Positions 40,544 through 51,303 of a stretch of DNA of 64,000 nt are shown here, piece after piece (positions within the stretch are counted from its first letter, which is position 1; every line of letters starts with the position of its first letter). The notes below the pieces were generated by a model. It made no database searches. It saw only the letters and a program-made list of their open reading frames with translations, and was not told the origin of the DNA. Origin of the DNA: a virus. Both the position numbers and the translations under genes were made by a program. The stretch lies in the IMG/VR virus record IMGVR_UViG_3300027844_002282; one strand, given 5' to 3'.

Positions 40544-41563
40544 ATGTACGAGCATTTTAAGGGCAGATTTGCCAACACAAGAATTCTTGTGATTGGAGAT
40601 CTAATGCTGGACAAATATATTGTTGGAGATGCAGTTCGGCTTTCTCCAGAGGCTCCAGTTCCGATTGTAATAATAAAATCTGAAAGATCAGTTCCAGGTG
40701 GAGCGGCTAACGTTGCAGCAAATCTTGCGACATTAGGATGCAAAGTTACGGCAATGGGAATTGTTGGATCAGATAACGATGGGACTGAACTATTCAATCT
40801 AATGCAAAAAATTGGTATTGAAACGAGCCGATCCTTAATAGCGTCTGGCTCCGAAGAGTATCGAGAGACAACTGTTAAGACAAGAGTTATTGCCAATGAC
40901 CATCAAATCGTTAGGTACGATAAAGAAGAAGCGAAAAAAATATGCGAAAGGATGGAAACCCTTCTAATAGGCCTTCTCACTGAGGATCTCTCAAAAGGCC
41001 TGTACGACGCAATAATAATTGAAGACTATGCGAAGGGCGTAATCACTCAAAGAATCGTCACAGAGGTCATTTCTGCTTGTAAAAAGGCTAAAATACCAGT
41101 TGCCATTGATCCATGTATAAAAAACAAACTCGAAATGGCTGGGGTGACCATAATGACCCCAAATAGGCAAGAGGCATTTGAATTGGTTGGGATGCGGGAT
41201 TATCACGAATGGGAAAACCCATTGGAGGATGAACAACTTGAACTTGTGGCGAATTCTATCTTTAGTATTTTTAAGCCCGTCTTATTATTAATAACTCTCG
41301 GATCAGACGGGATGCTTTTGGTAGAAGGTAGAGGAGATTTCAAGCATATTCCCACCAAGGCAATAGAAGTTTTTGATGTATCAGGCGCTGGCGACACCGT
41401 AATAGCCTCATTAACAGCCAGTTATGCTGTTTGTGGAGACGCAGTTGAAGCGTCTTCATTCTCAAATAACGCAGCTGGGGTGGTGGTAGGTAAGCACGGT
41501 GCTGCAACAATAACTATTGATGAAATAGAAAGACATCAAAAAGAAACAGAACTTATAATATAA
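40544..41563 (+). CDS. rfaE1: heptose-7-phosphate kinase (RfaE/HldE domain I, PfkB family)
   Basis: GDLMLDKY, RLSPEAPVP, GGAANVA, DYAKG, DVSGAGDT. Confidence 0.92.
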   Translation: MYEHFKGRFANTRILVIGDLMLDKYIVGDAVRLSPEAPVPIVIIKSERSVPGGAANVAANLATLGCKVTAMGIVGSDNDGTELFNLMQKIGIETSRSLIASGSEEYRETTVKTRVIANDHQIVRYDKEEAKKICERMETLLIGLLTEDLSKGLYDAIIIEDYAKGVITQRIVTEVISACKKAKIPVAIDPCIKNKLEMAGVTIMTPNRQEAFELVGMRDYHEWENPLEDEQLELVANSIFSIFKPVLLLITLGSDGMLLVEGRGDFKHIPTKAIEVFDVSGAGDTVIASLTASYAVCGDAVEASSFSNNAAGVVVGKHGAATITIDEIERHQKETELII

Positions 41564-42630
41564 TCTAAACAAAAAGAGGGTTTTTACAATGACAGAAGAA
41601 AATATTGATATAGAAGATAGTGAAGCAACCGAGTTGCCACCAGAGTATTACACATCAGAAGAGTATTTTGACAAAAACTCTGGGAAGCAAATTAAGGTTC
41701 TTTCGGAAATCACCCTATTGAGTGGTAATGAGGTGAGTAAAACTGGAAAAAAGATCTTGATTGGATCGGCTATGGGGTACAATCAGACAGGGGAGCCGGT
41801 TCCTTTTACATTCCCATTCTCAGACGGGACGGATCTAAAAAGCGCTTTCGAATCCTTTGAAGAGGTAGCCAACGCAGCAATCGAATTGAGTAGAAATGAA
41901 GCGGAGAGCCAAATCTTAGTTCCCGGAAAAGACTTTAACGTATAAACAGTAGCGAGTCATGAAAATAACATTAGATTTTATAGACGAGAACGAGGTTCCA
42001 AATTACCTTTTTGAGCAACATGCGACAGTCGGTAATTTAGAGTCTGGAAGAGCGTCAATGCCAACGATCAGTGGAGAGTTTTTTGAAGCTCCACTATATG
42101 AGGTCACAGATAAGGCATTAATAGCTCTCGGAGAACTGGTTAGGTCTAAGAGAAACTCTATTAAAGAGGCGGTCCTTGTCATTCAAAGCGCCTCAGTTGA
42201 GGATGGAGATGAGGACGACGATGAAGACGTTTTCGTTTTTGAAGACGAGGGCGAAGAATTCGATGAAGACGATTACGAATTTGAAGACGAAGAAGAAGAC
42301 GAAGACAATGCCGATCAGCAAACTGGTGGTAAAATAGGGATAGTTTTTTATAAATAGGTGAATTATGATAAAAATTAGCAGACAACTTAAAGCAATAAAG
42401 ACGAGCGAAAACGAAGAAGACCCTGATGACGGTGAGGGTGTTAAATTTTCCCCTCAGGATGTTAAGGATTGCGAGATTATTTCACAGGCAGTAGAATCTG
42501 CATTGAGAGCGTACATAATTGGTGAAAACAAAAGAGTGAGAGAAGGGTTTAATGTCAATCTGAACATTAAGGGCTCAAAATCTGGCGAAATTTCTTTATC
42601 ACTGTCTTAAATCAAACCAAGGAGAGAGCC

Positions 42631-43494
42631 ATGCCGACTAAAAAGGAAGTCCCAGACATCAAGAAGATGCATGAAGAGATGCTTTACACATCTGTAAGAA
42701 TAAGAGCCGATCAGGCCGGGGGGTCTGGAACGATATTATTCTCCAAGCCAGAATCTGCAAAAAAGAAGTTCTCAAAAACATTCGTTTTGACAAATCACCA
42801 TGTTGTTGAAGATTTAATTTGTGTTTCTGAAGAATGGGACCCAAAGCTTGGGAGAAAGATTAAAAAAGAAAATAGGTCCATTGCCCAGGTTGAGTTGTTC
42901 AAGTACAACGATCTATCAAGAAACGTTGGGCAAACGTCTTTAGACGCGGATATTGTAGCCTATGACGCTCAATTAGATTTGGCCCTACTTCAAGTTAGAG
43001 ATACGACAAAAGCCGAACATGTAGCATTAATCATCCCCGAAGGCAGCACGGAAGATATTCATATTTATGATGAAATAATCGCAATTGGAGCACAGCTTGG
43101 CGTCCCACCGATTAGTACTTCTGGAAATGTGGTCTATATGGATGCGGATATAAACAATGCCAGATATAATATGGGAACCTACAACTCTATTTATGGATCG
43201 TCTGGAGGATCGGTCTTTAGATACAGTTATGAGAGGGCTCAATATGAATTTGTTGGAGTCCCGGCCAGAGTTACGGTTAGACCAATGATGTTTGATGTCG
43301 AAACGATCACTCATATGAGCTATTTCATTCCAATCGAGAGTGTTATGGGATTTCTTGACGAATGGAGTTATGAATTCATCTACGATCAAAGTAAGACCAT
43401 CGCCGAATGTGACGACAAGAGAGAAGAAAAACAATCGGCTGCAAGGAAGAATTTGGAAAGAATGTACGGAATGATAGAACCAGAAGGTGAATAA
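42631..43494 (+). CDS. trypsin-like serine protease
   Basis: GSG, LTNHHVV (His), DLALL (Asp), GSSGG (Ser). Confidence 0.85.
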   Translation: MPTKKEVPDIKKMHEEMLYTSVRIRADQAGGSGTILFSKPESAKKKFSKTFVLTNHHVVEDLICVSEEWDPKLGRKIKKENRSIAQVELFKYNDLSRNVGQTSLDADIVAYDAQLDLALLQVRDTTKAEHVALIIPEGSTEDIHIYDEIIAIGAQLGVPPISTSGNVVYMDADINNARYNMGTYNSIYGSSGGSVFRYSYERAQYEFVGVPARVTVRPMMFDVETITHMSYFIPIESVMGFLDEWSYEFIYDQSKTIAECDDKREEKQSAARKNLERMYGMIEPEGE

Positions 43495-43701
43495 CTCTCA
43501 CTGAAGGGTATTACGTGGATCATTATAAAAAATTAGTAAGCGTAGGGGAAAATGACGACAATGGTGGGAAATGCACATATGACGGGCTAAAAACTTTAGC
43601 AAACGACCAAGACGACTTGCATTTCGAATTAGGCACGTTATATATAAGGGAACACTGCGATCCCGAATTTGAAAAACAACTAAGAGAGCAAATAAAATAC
43701 T

Positions 43702-44328
43702 ATGAATGAATCATTGAATGACGGGCAGAAAATTGCTGACCCACCTGAATTTTCTATCATAACGTTTCAACAAACCCCTAAAGTGACTCATTTAGACCCC
43801 GCCGACACACCCGATTGGATCAAGGGGAACTACGACCTTGTTGACCGCTTTGTAAAGTTCTCGAACTCCATAGAAAACGCCCTTGGATTAGCAGCCAACC
43901 AAGTTGCCAGAAAAGGCAAGAGATTGGATTGTCCATTTTTCATCTGGAGAAACGAGATGAATGCGACATGCCCTATCAATATTGCGATCAACCCTACCAT
44001 AAACGAAAAATTTGGGAATCCAGTCAGTGAGATAGAGGGCTGTCTTAGTTGGCCAGGATTTAGAGTTCACGCCCAAAGACATCTCAGGGTAAATGTGTCA
44101 TACTGGAATTTGAACGGGGACCACATAGAAAATCAAGACTTGGGAAGATTCCCATCACAAGTCTGGCAACATGAGATGGACCATCTTCTTGGTGTCGAAG
44201 AGATAATCAAGCAAGCAAAAGAAGCATTCGTTAGAGTTGAAAAGAAAGTCCAAAGAAATGACCCATGCCCCTGCGGCAAGGCGATAGATGGAAAACCGAA
44301 AAAGTATAAAAAATGCTGTGGTAGATAA
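43702..44328 (+). CDS. def: peptide deformylase with C-terminal SEC-C motif
   Basis: GLAANQ, EGCLS, QHEMDHLLG; RNDPCPCG...KKYKKCCG. Confidence 0.92.
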   Translation: MNESLNDGQKIADPPEFSIITFQQTPKVTHLDPADTPDWIKGNYDLVDRFVKFSNSIENALGLAANQVARKGKRLDCPFFIWRNEMNATCPINIAINPTINEKFGNPVSEIEGCLSWPGFRVHAQRHLRVNVSYWNLNGDHIENQDLGRFPSQVWQHEMDHLLGVEEIIKQAKEAFVRVEKKVQRNDPCPCGKAIDGKPKKYKKCCGR

Positions 44329-44348
44329 CACAAATCAAGGAGTGCAGA

Positions 44349-44954
44349 TTGAATAAATTTCCAGAAATTCAAGAATGGGGTGATATGGCGATAACCGAAA
44401 AGGAGCGCCAAAGAATTACAACCCCAAAGTTTTACAACTACTACAAAGAGAAGTTCGACTTTTGCACTGACGCGACCCTGCCAGACATTCCCCGAATTGT
44501 TGAGATTGGAGTCCGCTACGGATATTCAGCTTTCAGTTTTTTGAGAGCGCGACCAAACGCTACCTATCTTGGCATTGATATGATCAATGGTGGGCATGGC
44601 GGCGCAAAGAATGAAGACACTTTCCCAATTGTCAGAGAAATGCTCGATAGGAATTTTCCCGATGCAGATATTACATTGATGCATCAGAATACTTTTAAGT
44701 TAGATGAAATCCCAGGTGAATTTGACTTTTGCCACGTCGATGGAAACCACAGAAGAGCGAATTGCTTGCATGATCTTAAGATATGTTTTGAAGCATGTTC
44801 ATCCGGCGGAACCATTCTCATTGACGATTACACATATATAGAAAGTGTAAAGTTGGGCGTCAATGATTTTATTGAAGAGTTTGGCCCAAGATTAAAGAAT
44901 GTTGACATTCGAGAGAGTGGTCTTCGGGGAAATGTAATATTAACGAAGGCATAA
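44349..44954 (+). CDS. class I SAM methyltransferase (Methyltransf_24-like)
   Basis: VEIGVRYG, HVDGNH, ILIDDY. Confidence 0.8.
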   Translation: MNKFPEIQEWGDMAITEKERQRITTPKFYNYYKEKFDFCTDATLPDIPRIVEIGVRYGYSAFSFLRARPNATYLGIDMINGGHGGAKNEDTFPIVREMLDRNFPDADITLMHQNTFKLDEIPGEFDFCHVDGNHRRANCLHDLKICFEACSSGGTILIDDYTYIESVKLGVNDFIEEFGPRLKNVDIRESGLRGNVILTKA

Positions 44955-44955
44955 T

Positions 44956-45642
44956 ATGTCAAAGAATATTTACATCGTGTGGTCATTAAAAAGAAGTGGC
45001 GCTCATGGTTTTGAAGAGTGGCTATTCCCGCACTTCTCAAATTACGGCTTTGTCAATAATACCAACATAAGACAACCACTTAGCGGTGGCGCGTCCGCTG
45101 CCGACAAAGACAATATTATATTTGGCTTTGAAGACATAAAATTAGATGTCATACCTGGATTTAATAATGGCACCGATGGTATAATAAAACAGAATATCAG
45201 TGATTTCGATACCATTACAAATATTTTGTTTATCAGAGATCCATATAACTTGTTCGCAAGTCGTCTTAGAAAAAATCAAGATGATAAAAGAATGTTTATG
45301 GATGAGTCCACAGTCCGCTTGTGGAAAGGCTACGCAAAAGAAGCGATAGGGGAAACCTCTTATTTGAGCAACAAGGTTGTTGTGAATTTTGGTAGGTGGT
45401 ATACGATAAGAGAATACCGAAATCAAATATCTGAAAAATTAGGATTGGAATTCACCGATGAGGGAATAAAAAAAGTTGGAATTAGAGGTAGTTCGTTTGA
45501 TGGGAAGAAAATAAAGAACTCAAGAAATCTTGGCGTTCTTGAAAGGTGGACGGAATTCATAGGAAATGAGGAATACAATGATCTTATTAATGATGAAGAG
45601 TTAGCGTCTCTTTACAGACAAGTAAATGAAATAGGTATTTAA
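44956..45642 (+). CDS. sulfotransferase-like protein
   Basis: LKRSGAH, RDPYNLFAS; paralog of 49262..49969. Confidence 0.7.
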   Translation: MSKNIYIVWSLKRSGAHGFEEWLFPHFSNYGFVNNTNIRQPLSGGASAADKDNIIFGFEDIKLDVIPGFNNGTDGIIKQNISDFDTITNILFIRDPYNLFASRLRKNQDDKRMFMDESTVRLWKGYAKEAIGETSYLSNKVVVNFGRWYTIREYRNQISEKLGLEFTDEGIKKVGIRGSSFDGKKIKNSRNLGVLERWTEFIGNEEYNDLINDEELASLYRQVNEIGI

Positions 45643-46473
45643 ATGAAGAAACTACTATATGGATGGTTCGGAGAGTTCGGGTGGGAGATAATGACAGCCA
45701 TACCCGAAGTAAACGAGCTACAAAAACATTTTGATGTCACCGTATTGAGCTTTCCCTCTGTAGAGGGAATGTACTCAGACATGAATGTTAAATTCATATC
45801 CCACGGACTTGAAATGAGGGCGAGTGGGCTTGGGAAAGATTTCAAAAACTGCAACTTCAAAAATGCCGATTTAGAAAAGTACTCTTATGACCAATTGAAA
45901 ATACATTATCATCCTCAGTCAATCCGAGGAATGGGAAAAAGACCCAAGGAAATAAGAACAGATATCCCCAGAACAGTCAACAAGAAATTAATCCTTGTCC
46001 ACGCCAGAGAGTTCCCCAGAACAAAGACGGGCAGAAACTGGCGAGACCAATATAACGCTCTTCTCGACTACTTAATTGACCGTGGATTTGAAATAGGATT
46101 CATTGGACTCCCCATGCATTCCGCATACGTTAAAGGAAAAGGGGCGGATTGGCGATCAGACGACATTAATGTCGCCATAACTAAAATAAAACAAGCGGCG
46201 CTTGTTCTTGGTCCGTCATCAGGAACCATGGTGTTGTCCCTTTGGTGTAAGACCCCAATATTTTCATGGAGTTGTGGAGACCAAAGATTGTTCCACGACA
46301 GAAAGAAAGGAAAAGCATGGAACCCATTCAAGATTTGTCATTATCACCCGTGGTCCAACAGAGAGACACCGGAATTAATGAAACTCTACACCACATCCTC
46401 ATACAAGCCCCCTCTTGCTGATTTGATAAGAGGGGTCGAGGTGGCTATTTCTTCAGAAAAGCTTGAATCCTAA
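45643..46473 (+). CDS. GT9-like (heptosyltransferase-like) glycosyltransferase
   Basis: GEFGWE, RNW, LVLGPSSGTMVL. Confidence 0.55.
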   Translation: MKKLLYGWFGEFGWEIMTAIPEVNELQKHFDVTVLSFPSVEGMYSDMNVKFISHGLEMRASGLGKDFKNCNFKNADLEKYSYDQLKIHYHPQSIRGMGKRPKEIRTDIPRTVNKKLILVHAREFPRTKTGRNWRDQYNALLDYLIDRGFEIGFIGLPMHSAYVKGKGADWRSDDINVAITKIKQAALVLGPSSGTMVLSLWCKTPIFSWSCGDQRLFHDRKKGKAWNPFKICHYHPWSNRETPELMKLYTTSSYKPPLADLIRGVEVAISSEKLES

Positions 46474-46526
46474 GAACCCTGTGCTACATTTCCTCATAAC
46501 TAATCAACAAAGTGCGAGGTTAAGTA

Positions 46527-47240
46527 ATGAGAGTTCTTCTTGGAGTGTCATCCAGCATATCTGTCTACAAAACCCCAAGCATAGTCAGCGGGCTCAATAG
46601 CACTGGCCATGAAGTCAAGGTCGTAATGACCGACAACGCCGCTTTCTTCGTTGGTAAATTGTGTTTCCAAGCAGAGTGCTTCGATGGTCAGTTTAATAAC
46701 CCCTTGGAATCTTCCGTCGCCATTAAACACATCGATCTTGCAGATTGGGCAGAGATATTTCTTATAGCCCCCGGAACAGCCAACATTATTGTGAAATTTG
46801 CAAATTGGATAGCAGACGATTTGTTGTCTACGGTAAACTTGGCAATGAATAATGATGCTGCTAAAGTCATGTATCCCGCGATGAATCCAAGGATGTTTGA
46901 ATCATCCAGCGACACAGCGTAATCTTGAAACCTTAGAAAAAGATGGCTGGCGCATCAAAGGCACACAATCTGGGACACGAACACGTTCCTTGTTAGCTTA
47001 AAGTTTGAAGTCGATGCTGGGAATGAAGGATTGAAAGTGGCGGTTACAGCATCAAGGAACGCAGCCGATGGGGATCTCGTGATAGCGAATGATAAGTGGG
47101 AGATGAACAGAGAAAAAGAACACATTGCATACCTCTACTTCAAAGACGAGGAAAAGTTCGCTTCAGTGTACCATAAGGTTCACGGAAAAAATAGATAGCC
47201 AGAGCAATCGCATCAGCTATATTCCTCAACGAAGAAGAAG
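46527..47240 (+). pseudogene. CoaBC/Dfp-like flavoprotein, frameshifted or truncated
   Basis: VLLGVSSSISVYK, HIDLADWA, PAMNPRM; QRNLETL and KFEV...IAND continue in other frames. Confidence 0.7.
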
Positions 47241-47326
47241 AATTGAAAATAGTTAGAACTTGGTTGACAACCATACGTTCACATACTATGTTATTGGTGT
47301 TTTAGTAAGTAGTAGATAGTGTCAGA

Positions 47327-48247
47327 TTGACACAAGCGGTAACAACCAAACGAAAGGGTAACATTATGTCCAAAATCGAAGGTCTCTGCATCGATCCCCA
47401 GTGGGATTTCTGCCACCCCGGTATGCCAGGGTATGACCCAACAAATCCAAACACGTGTGAATTCACAGCGGAAATAGAGAAGCCCGGCGCGCTCTACGTC
47501 CCCGGCGCTGAGAAAGGGTGCTACAACATCGCGAACATGATCACCAAGAGCAAGAAGAAGTTTGATGGCCTCAGCGTCAGCTTGGACTCCCACAGATCTG
47601 TCCATGTTGCACATGCCGACTACTACCGCGACAACGACGGAAACATGCCCAACCCATTTGACATCATCACGCTCGACGACTTCACGGGGCCGAATGCCAA
47701 ATGGAAGACGTACTGTCCGAAGTCCCAAGACTGGATTGAGAAAAGCTATCTTCCAGGTCTCCGAGATAGGAACAGAAACCCGCTTTGTATTTGGCCAAAG
47801 CATTGCATCATCGGAGAAAATGGTTGGCGCGTCTACCCTCCCGTTTCGAGAGCAATCCGGGAATGGTGCGAAGGCAACTGGTCCGCCATCAACTGGAAGT
47901 TGAAGGGGCAGAACACTCGTACTGAGTGGTACTCGGCAGTAGGGGCTGATTTTGAAGACCCGGCAGACCGCCAGACCTGGATTGACACCGACTTCATTGC
48001 AAGATTCGACAAGGCCGATCTCTTCGTCCTCTTCGGATTCGCAAGAACACACTGCCTCCGTTGGACCTTCTCCGATATCATCAACCACTTCGGGGACAAG
48101 TTCCTCAAGAAGACTTTGTTGGTGGAAGACTGCACGGCAGACGTTCCGATCCCCGAAGTCGTTACCGCGACCGATGAGTTCTTTGCGGAATGCAAGCGAA
48201 ACGGTATGCAGACCTGCACAGCCGAACAGTTCGTCTCTGACGTTTAA
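47327..48247 (+). CDS. nicotinamidase/isochorismatase-family cysteine hydrolase (likely start 47366)
   Basis: IDPQWDF, LDSH, WPKHC, KG, ARTHCL, EDCT; own TTGACA promoter. Confidence 0.85.
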   Translation: MTQAVTTKRKGNIMSKIEGLCIDPQWDFCHPGMPGYDPTNPNTCEFTAEIEKPGALYVPGAEKGCYNIANMITKSKKKFDGLSVSLDSHRSVHVAHADYYRDNDGNMPNPFDIITLDDFTGPNAKWKTYCPKSQDWIEKSYLPGLRDRNRNPLCIWPKHCIIGENGWRVYPPVSRAIREWCEGNWSAINWKLKGQNTRTEWYSAVGADFEDPADRQTWIDTDFIARFDKADLFVLFGFARTHCLRWTFSDIINHFGDKFLKKTLLVEDCTADVPIPEVVTATDEFFAECKRNGMQTCTAEQFVSDV

Positions 48248-48570
48248 TCATCAAGTAACCATATAACAAAACGGAGAATTACACATGTCAGATCCAATTA
48301 ACCCAGATCCAACCCCTTAAAACAAGGGGCTCAAAAGTTGCAAGCAAGGAATAGTCATCAAATTCTTGGAAAAGATATTCAGACGCCATCATCATTCGTT
48401 ATTTACTGGTCGCCAGGAATGGGTGGTACGGAACAGGCTTTTGAGGATTTCCGACGACAAGAAAATTATAGTCATCAACCTTGAAAACCTTCCAGATGGT
48501 GTTACAATACTCTCTGTGTTAAGTAAAATACAGGGAGTTATGCCTAATAACGCACCGAGGTTCTGGAAAA

Positions 48571-49230
48571 ATGGAATACCCACACCCCCCCCACTTGACG
48601 TGGTCTCCCAACCGGAAGAGTGACAAGGAAGACAGAATCCTTGAAACTGAAGATTGTTTCATTGGCAAGGAAGTTGTTTATCTTGAGAAACTCGACGGCG
48701 AGAATACCGTTATGTCTCTTGACCGAGTTCACGCAAGATCGGTAGACAGTCCCAGTACGAAATGGAGAACCCTTGTTTCCACAATGTATGGCATGATCAA
48801 GCATTCGATCCCCAGATCCATGTATATTTACGGCGAGAACATGTATGCTACGCATTCTATCGAGTATGGAGGGTTACCGAGTGCGTTTTTCGTCTTCGCC
48901 GTTTTATATGACAAAGAATGGTTTTCCTGGGGAGACACGGTTGAGGTCGCCAAGCACTTTGGGTTTGACACAGTTCCGACTATTTATAAAAATAGTAAAA
49001 AATTGGAGAAGCACCCGATCCCAATCGAATCCGAATTCGGAGGGGCTTGCGAAGGATACGTTGTCAGAAACAAAGAGGCTTTCTCAAACAAGTTCTTCAG
49101 TGATAACATAGCAAAGTGCGTTCGACATGACCATGTCCAAACAGATGAGATATGGTATAAAAGCTGGACCAAAGCCAACTTCACTGATGATCCCATAGAG
49201 AGAGTGTGCAGGATACAAAGTGAAGAATGA
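48571..49230 (+). CDS. ATP-dependent RNA ligase family protein
   Basis: YPHPPHLTWSP, EKLDGEN, GENM, EGYVVR, AKCVR. Confidence 0.85.
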   Translation: MEYPHPPHLTWSPNRKSDKEDRILETEDCFIGKEVVYLEKLDGENTVMSLDRVHARSVDSPSTKWRTLVSTMYGMIKHSIPRSMYIYGENMYATHSIEYGGLPSAFFVFAVLYDKEWFSWGDTVEVAKHFGFDTVPTIYKNSKKLEKHPIPIESEFGGACEGYVVRNKEAFSNKFFSDNIAKCVRHDHVQTDEIWYKSWTKANFTDDPIERVCRIQSEE

Positions 49231-49261
49231 AGAATTATTATAAACCACCGGAGTATTAAAC

Positions 49262-49969
49262 GTGAAAAAAAGATTCATTTTGCAATGGACAATGAAAAGG
49301 GCGGGATCTCACGCAATAGTTGAATGGATAAAAGGGCACATAAAACCGGGTCCATTTTGTTTTTTCAATCAAAGGCAGATAAATTGCCTAGTTGGACCCA
49401 AGCGGAATCATTTGATATCGGAAGATCATGAAATTTTTATGTTTAATCTTGAAGACGGGAAGATAGTAGAGAATAAAGTTGTAGATCAAAGAATTAAAGA
49501 TTTAGGTCTATCAAATCAAATTGAAAAAAGAATAAACATAATACTTCTAAGAGACCCATTTAACATTTTCGCGAGCAGAATGAGAGGGTGGAGTTTAAAA
49601 TTCGCAGAAAACAGCGTTAAATTATGGAAAGAGTACGCGAAAGAGTTTCTCAGAGAAACTCAAAAGCTTGACAATGTCCTACCATTAAATTTTAACTCAT
49701 GGTTTTCAAATGAAGATTACAGAAAACAGTTATCTATCGACCTGGACTTAGAGTTTTCAGACTCTGGAAAAAACAATCTTGGATATTGGGGAAGTTCTTT
49801 CGATGGTAAAGAGTATAAATCCAATGCAAATGAGATGGACGTTATAAATAGATGGCGAAATTATGTTGACGATGAAAACTATATTAATCTTTTTGACGAA
49901 GAAATAATTAGCTTATCAAAAAGGATTTTTAATTTTTGTCCAGAAGAAATAATAAAACAAATAAAGTAA
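49262..49969 (+). CDS. sulfotransferase-like protein
   Basis: MKRAGSHA, RDPFNIFAS, GSSFDG. Confidence 0.7.
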   Translation: MKKRFILQWTMKRAGSHAIVEWIKGHIKPGPFCFFNQRQINCLVGPKRNHLISEDHEIFMFNLEDGKIVENKVVDQRIKDLGLSNQIEKRINIILLRDPFNIFASRMRGWSLKFAENSVKLWKEYAKEFLRETQKLDNVLPLNFNSWFSNEDYRKQLSIDLDLEFSDSGKNNLGYWGSSFDGKEYKSNANEMDVINRWRNYVDDENYINLFDEEIISLSKRIFNFCPEEIIKQIK

Positions 49970-49981
49970 GAGACTTCTATT

Positions 49982-50251
49982 ATGAGTTGGTATCAAATAT
50001 CTTCATTTAACAAAAAGGACCTGTCGGACCAGGATTTGATGAAAATCCTCGACGGTCTCCCTAATGACTTGGGTAAATTAGCTGAAGAAATAGGTCTATC
50101 AGAAACTCCAAATAAAGACTCTGAAGAATTCGAAACATGGAGAGACAGAGCCATGGATTTCGTAAATATGATCTCAGAGACCGAAACAAAAACCGCAAAT
50201 GATCATGAAACCCCTGAGTACTGGGGCGTTAAGCAAGATCTATTGGAGTAA
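49982..50251 (+). CDS. hypothetical protein with MSWYQ leader
   Basis: 89-aa ORF. Confidence 0.55.
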   Translation: MSWYQISSFNKKDLSDQDLMKILDGLPNDLGKLAEEIGLSETPNKDSEEFETWRDRAMDFVNMISETETKTANDHETPEYWGVKQDLLE

Positions 50252-50841
50252 ACCCCTCCAACATCGTTCTAATATCCTTTGATACGGAAACCATCTCTCT
50301 GGCAATCGCCTCGACCTCTTCCAAAAAAGAAAACATGGTTTCGTCAACATCAAATGGATTTGACCTGCCAGCCTCTCTCTTATTGAATTTTTCAATCCAC
50401 TTTTTATGATCGCTCGATAGATATTGTAAATATTCAAGACGCTCCTTCAATGGCTTGACCTTATTAATTCCTTTGGGGATTTTCTTTTGACAATTGGCGC
50501 AATATCCTAAAACAAGAAGCATTGATGAAACAATACCGTCCGCATCGTCGTCGTTGGTATCCATACTGAATGAATCGCTGGGGCCAATTGTCAATGGATA
50601 CAAACCATTATTGACTAATCCTATCTTTCTTATTTCATTTATGTCAACATTGCTTTCGCTTACAAACGTGACACCAGTCTTATAGTCTATACCTTTGACC
50701 CCTTCATCATCGATAGAGTTGAAAAACCTTTTTTGCTCTGTCGGATTATCATAATTTAGAACTGCTACATATCTCATATTCAAACACCTTTGTGTAATTG
50801 GTTACTTAACACAGTACAATATATCGGCATTCTGTCATTTT

Positions 50842-51303
50842 TCAAGTGGGTAAATTAAACATTTTATTTCGCGTAAGAACATTGTCCCCAAGAACTTCGC
50901 AATCATTTGATATTCTTATTATGTTTTCCCGCTCTTTTTTATCTGTTATCATATAACTGTTTTCAACTCTGTAGGAATCCTCATCAAAATGCTCTGTTGA
51001 CACCTCAATTATTTTCGAAGACTCATCCAATCCTGTAAAACGGTGTTTAGTGTCGGTAGGGATGGTCACTGTTCCACCAGGGATCATTCTAAACATGTGG
51101 TCTTCTATTTCCATCATAATGTGACCAGATAATAAGAAAAACGTCTCTGTTTTTTTCTTATGAAAATGAATACTACATCGACCACTGCCTACAACTTCTA
51201 AAATCTTTCCACAATAAAGAGACGTGTTAGCCATCCAGTACTCTCTTCCCCAGACTTTGTCGTAAACTTTAGTGTGAGAAACCAAGCCATGAAAATTTTC
51301 CAT
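50842..51303 (-). CDS. cupin-fold sugar isomerase-like protein
   Basis: KVWGRE, SIHFHKKKTETF, HRF, EVST...DSYR. Confidence 0.8.
   Translation of the reverse strand: MENFHGLVSHTKVYDKVWGREYWMANTSLYCGKILEVVGSGRCSIHFHKKKTETFFLLSGHIMMEIEDHMFRMIPGGTVTIPTDTKHRFTGLDESSKIIEVSTEHFDEDSYRVENSYMITDKKERENIIRISNDCEVLGDNVLTRNKMFNLPT

Noticed and set aside
42190-42310. GAAGAC/GACGAA tandem repeat
   Set aside because: Low complexity from an Asp/Glu-rich protein tract.
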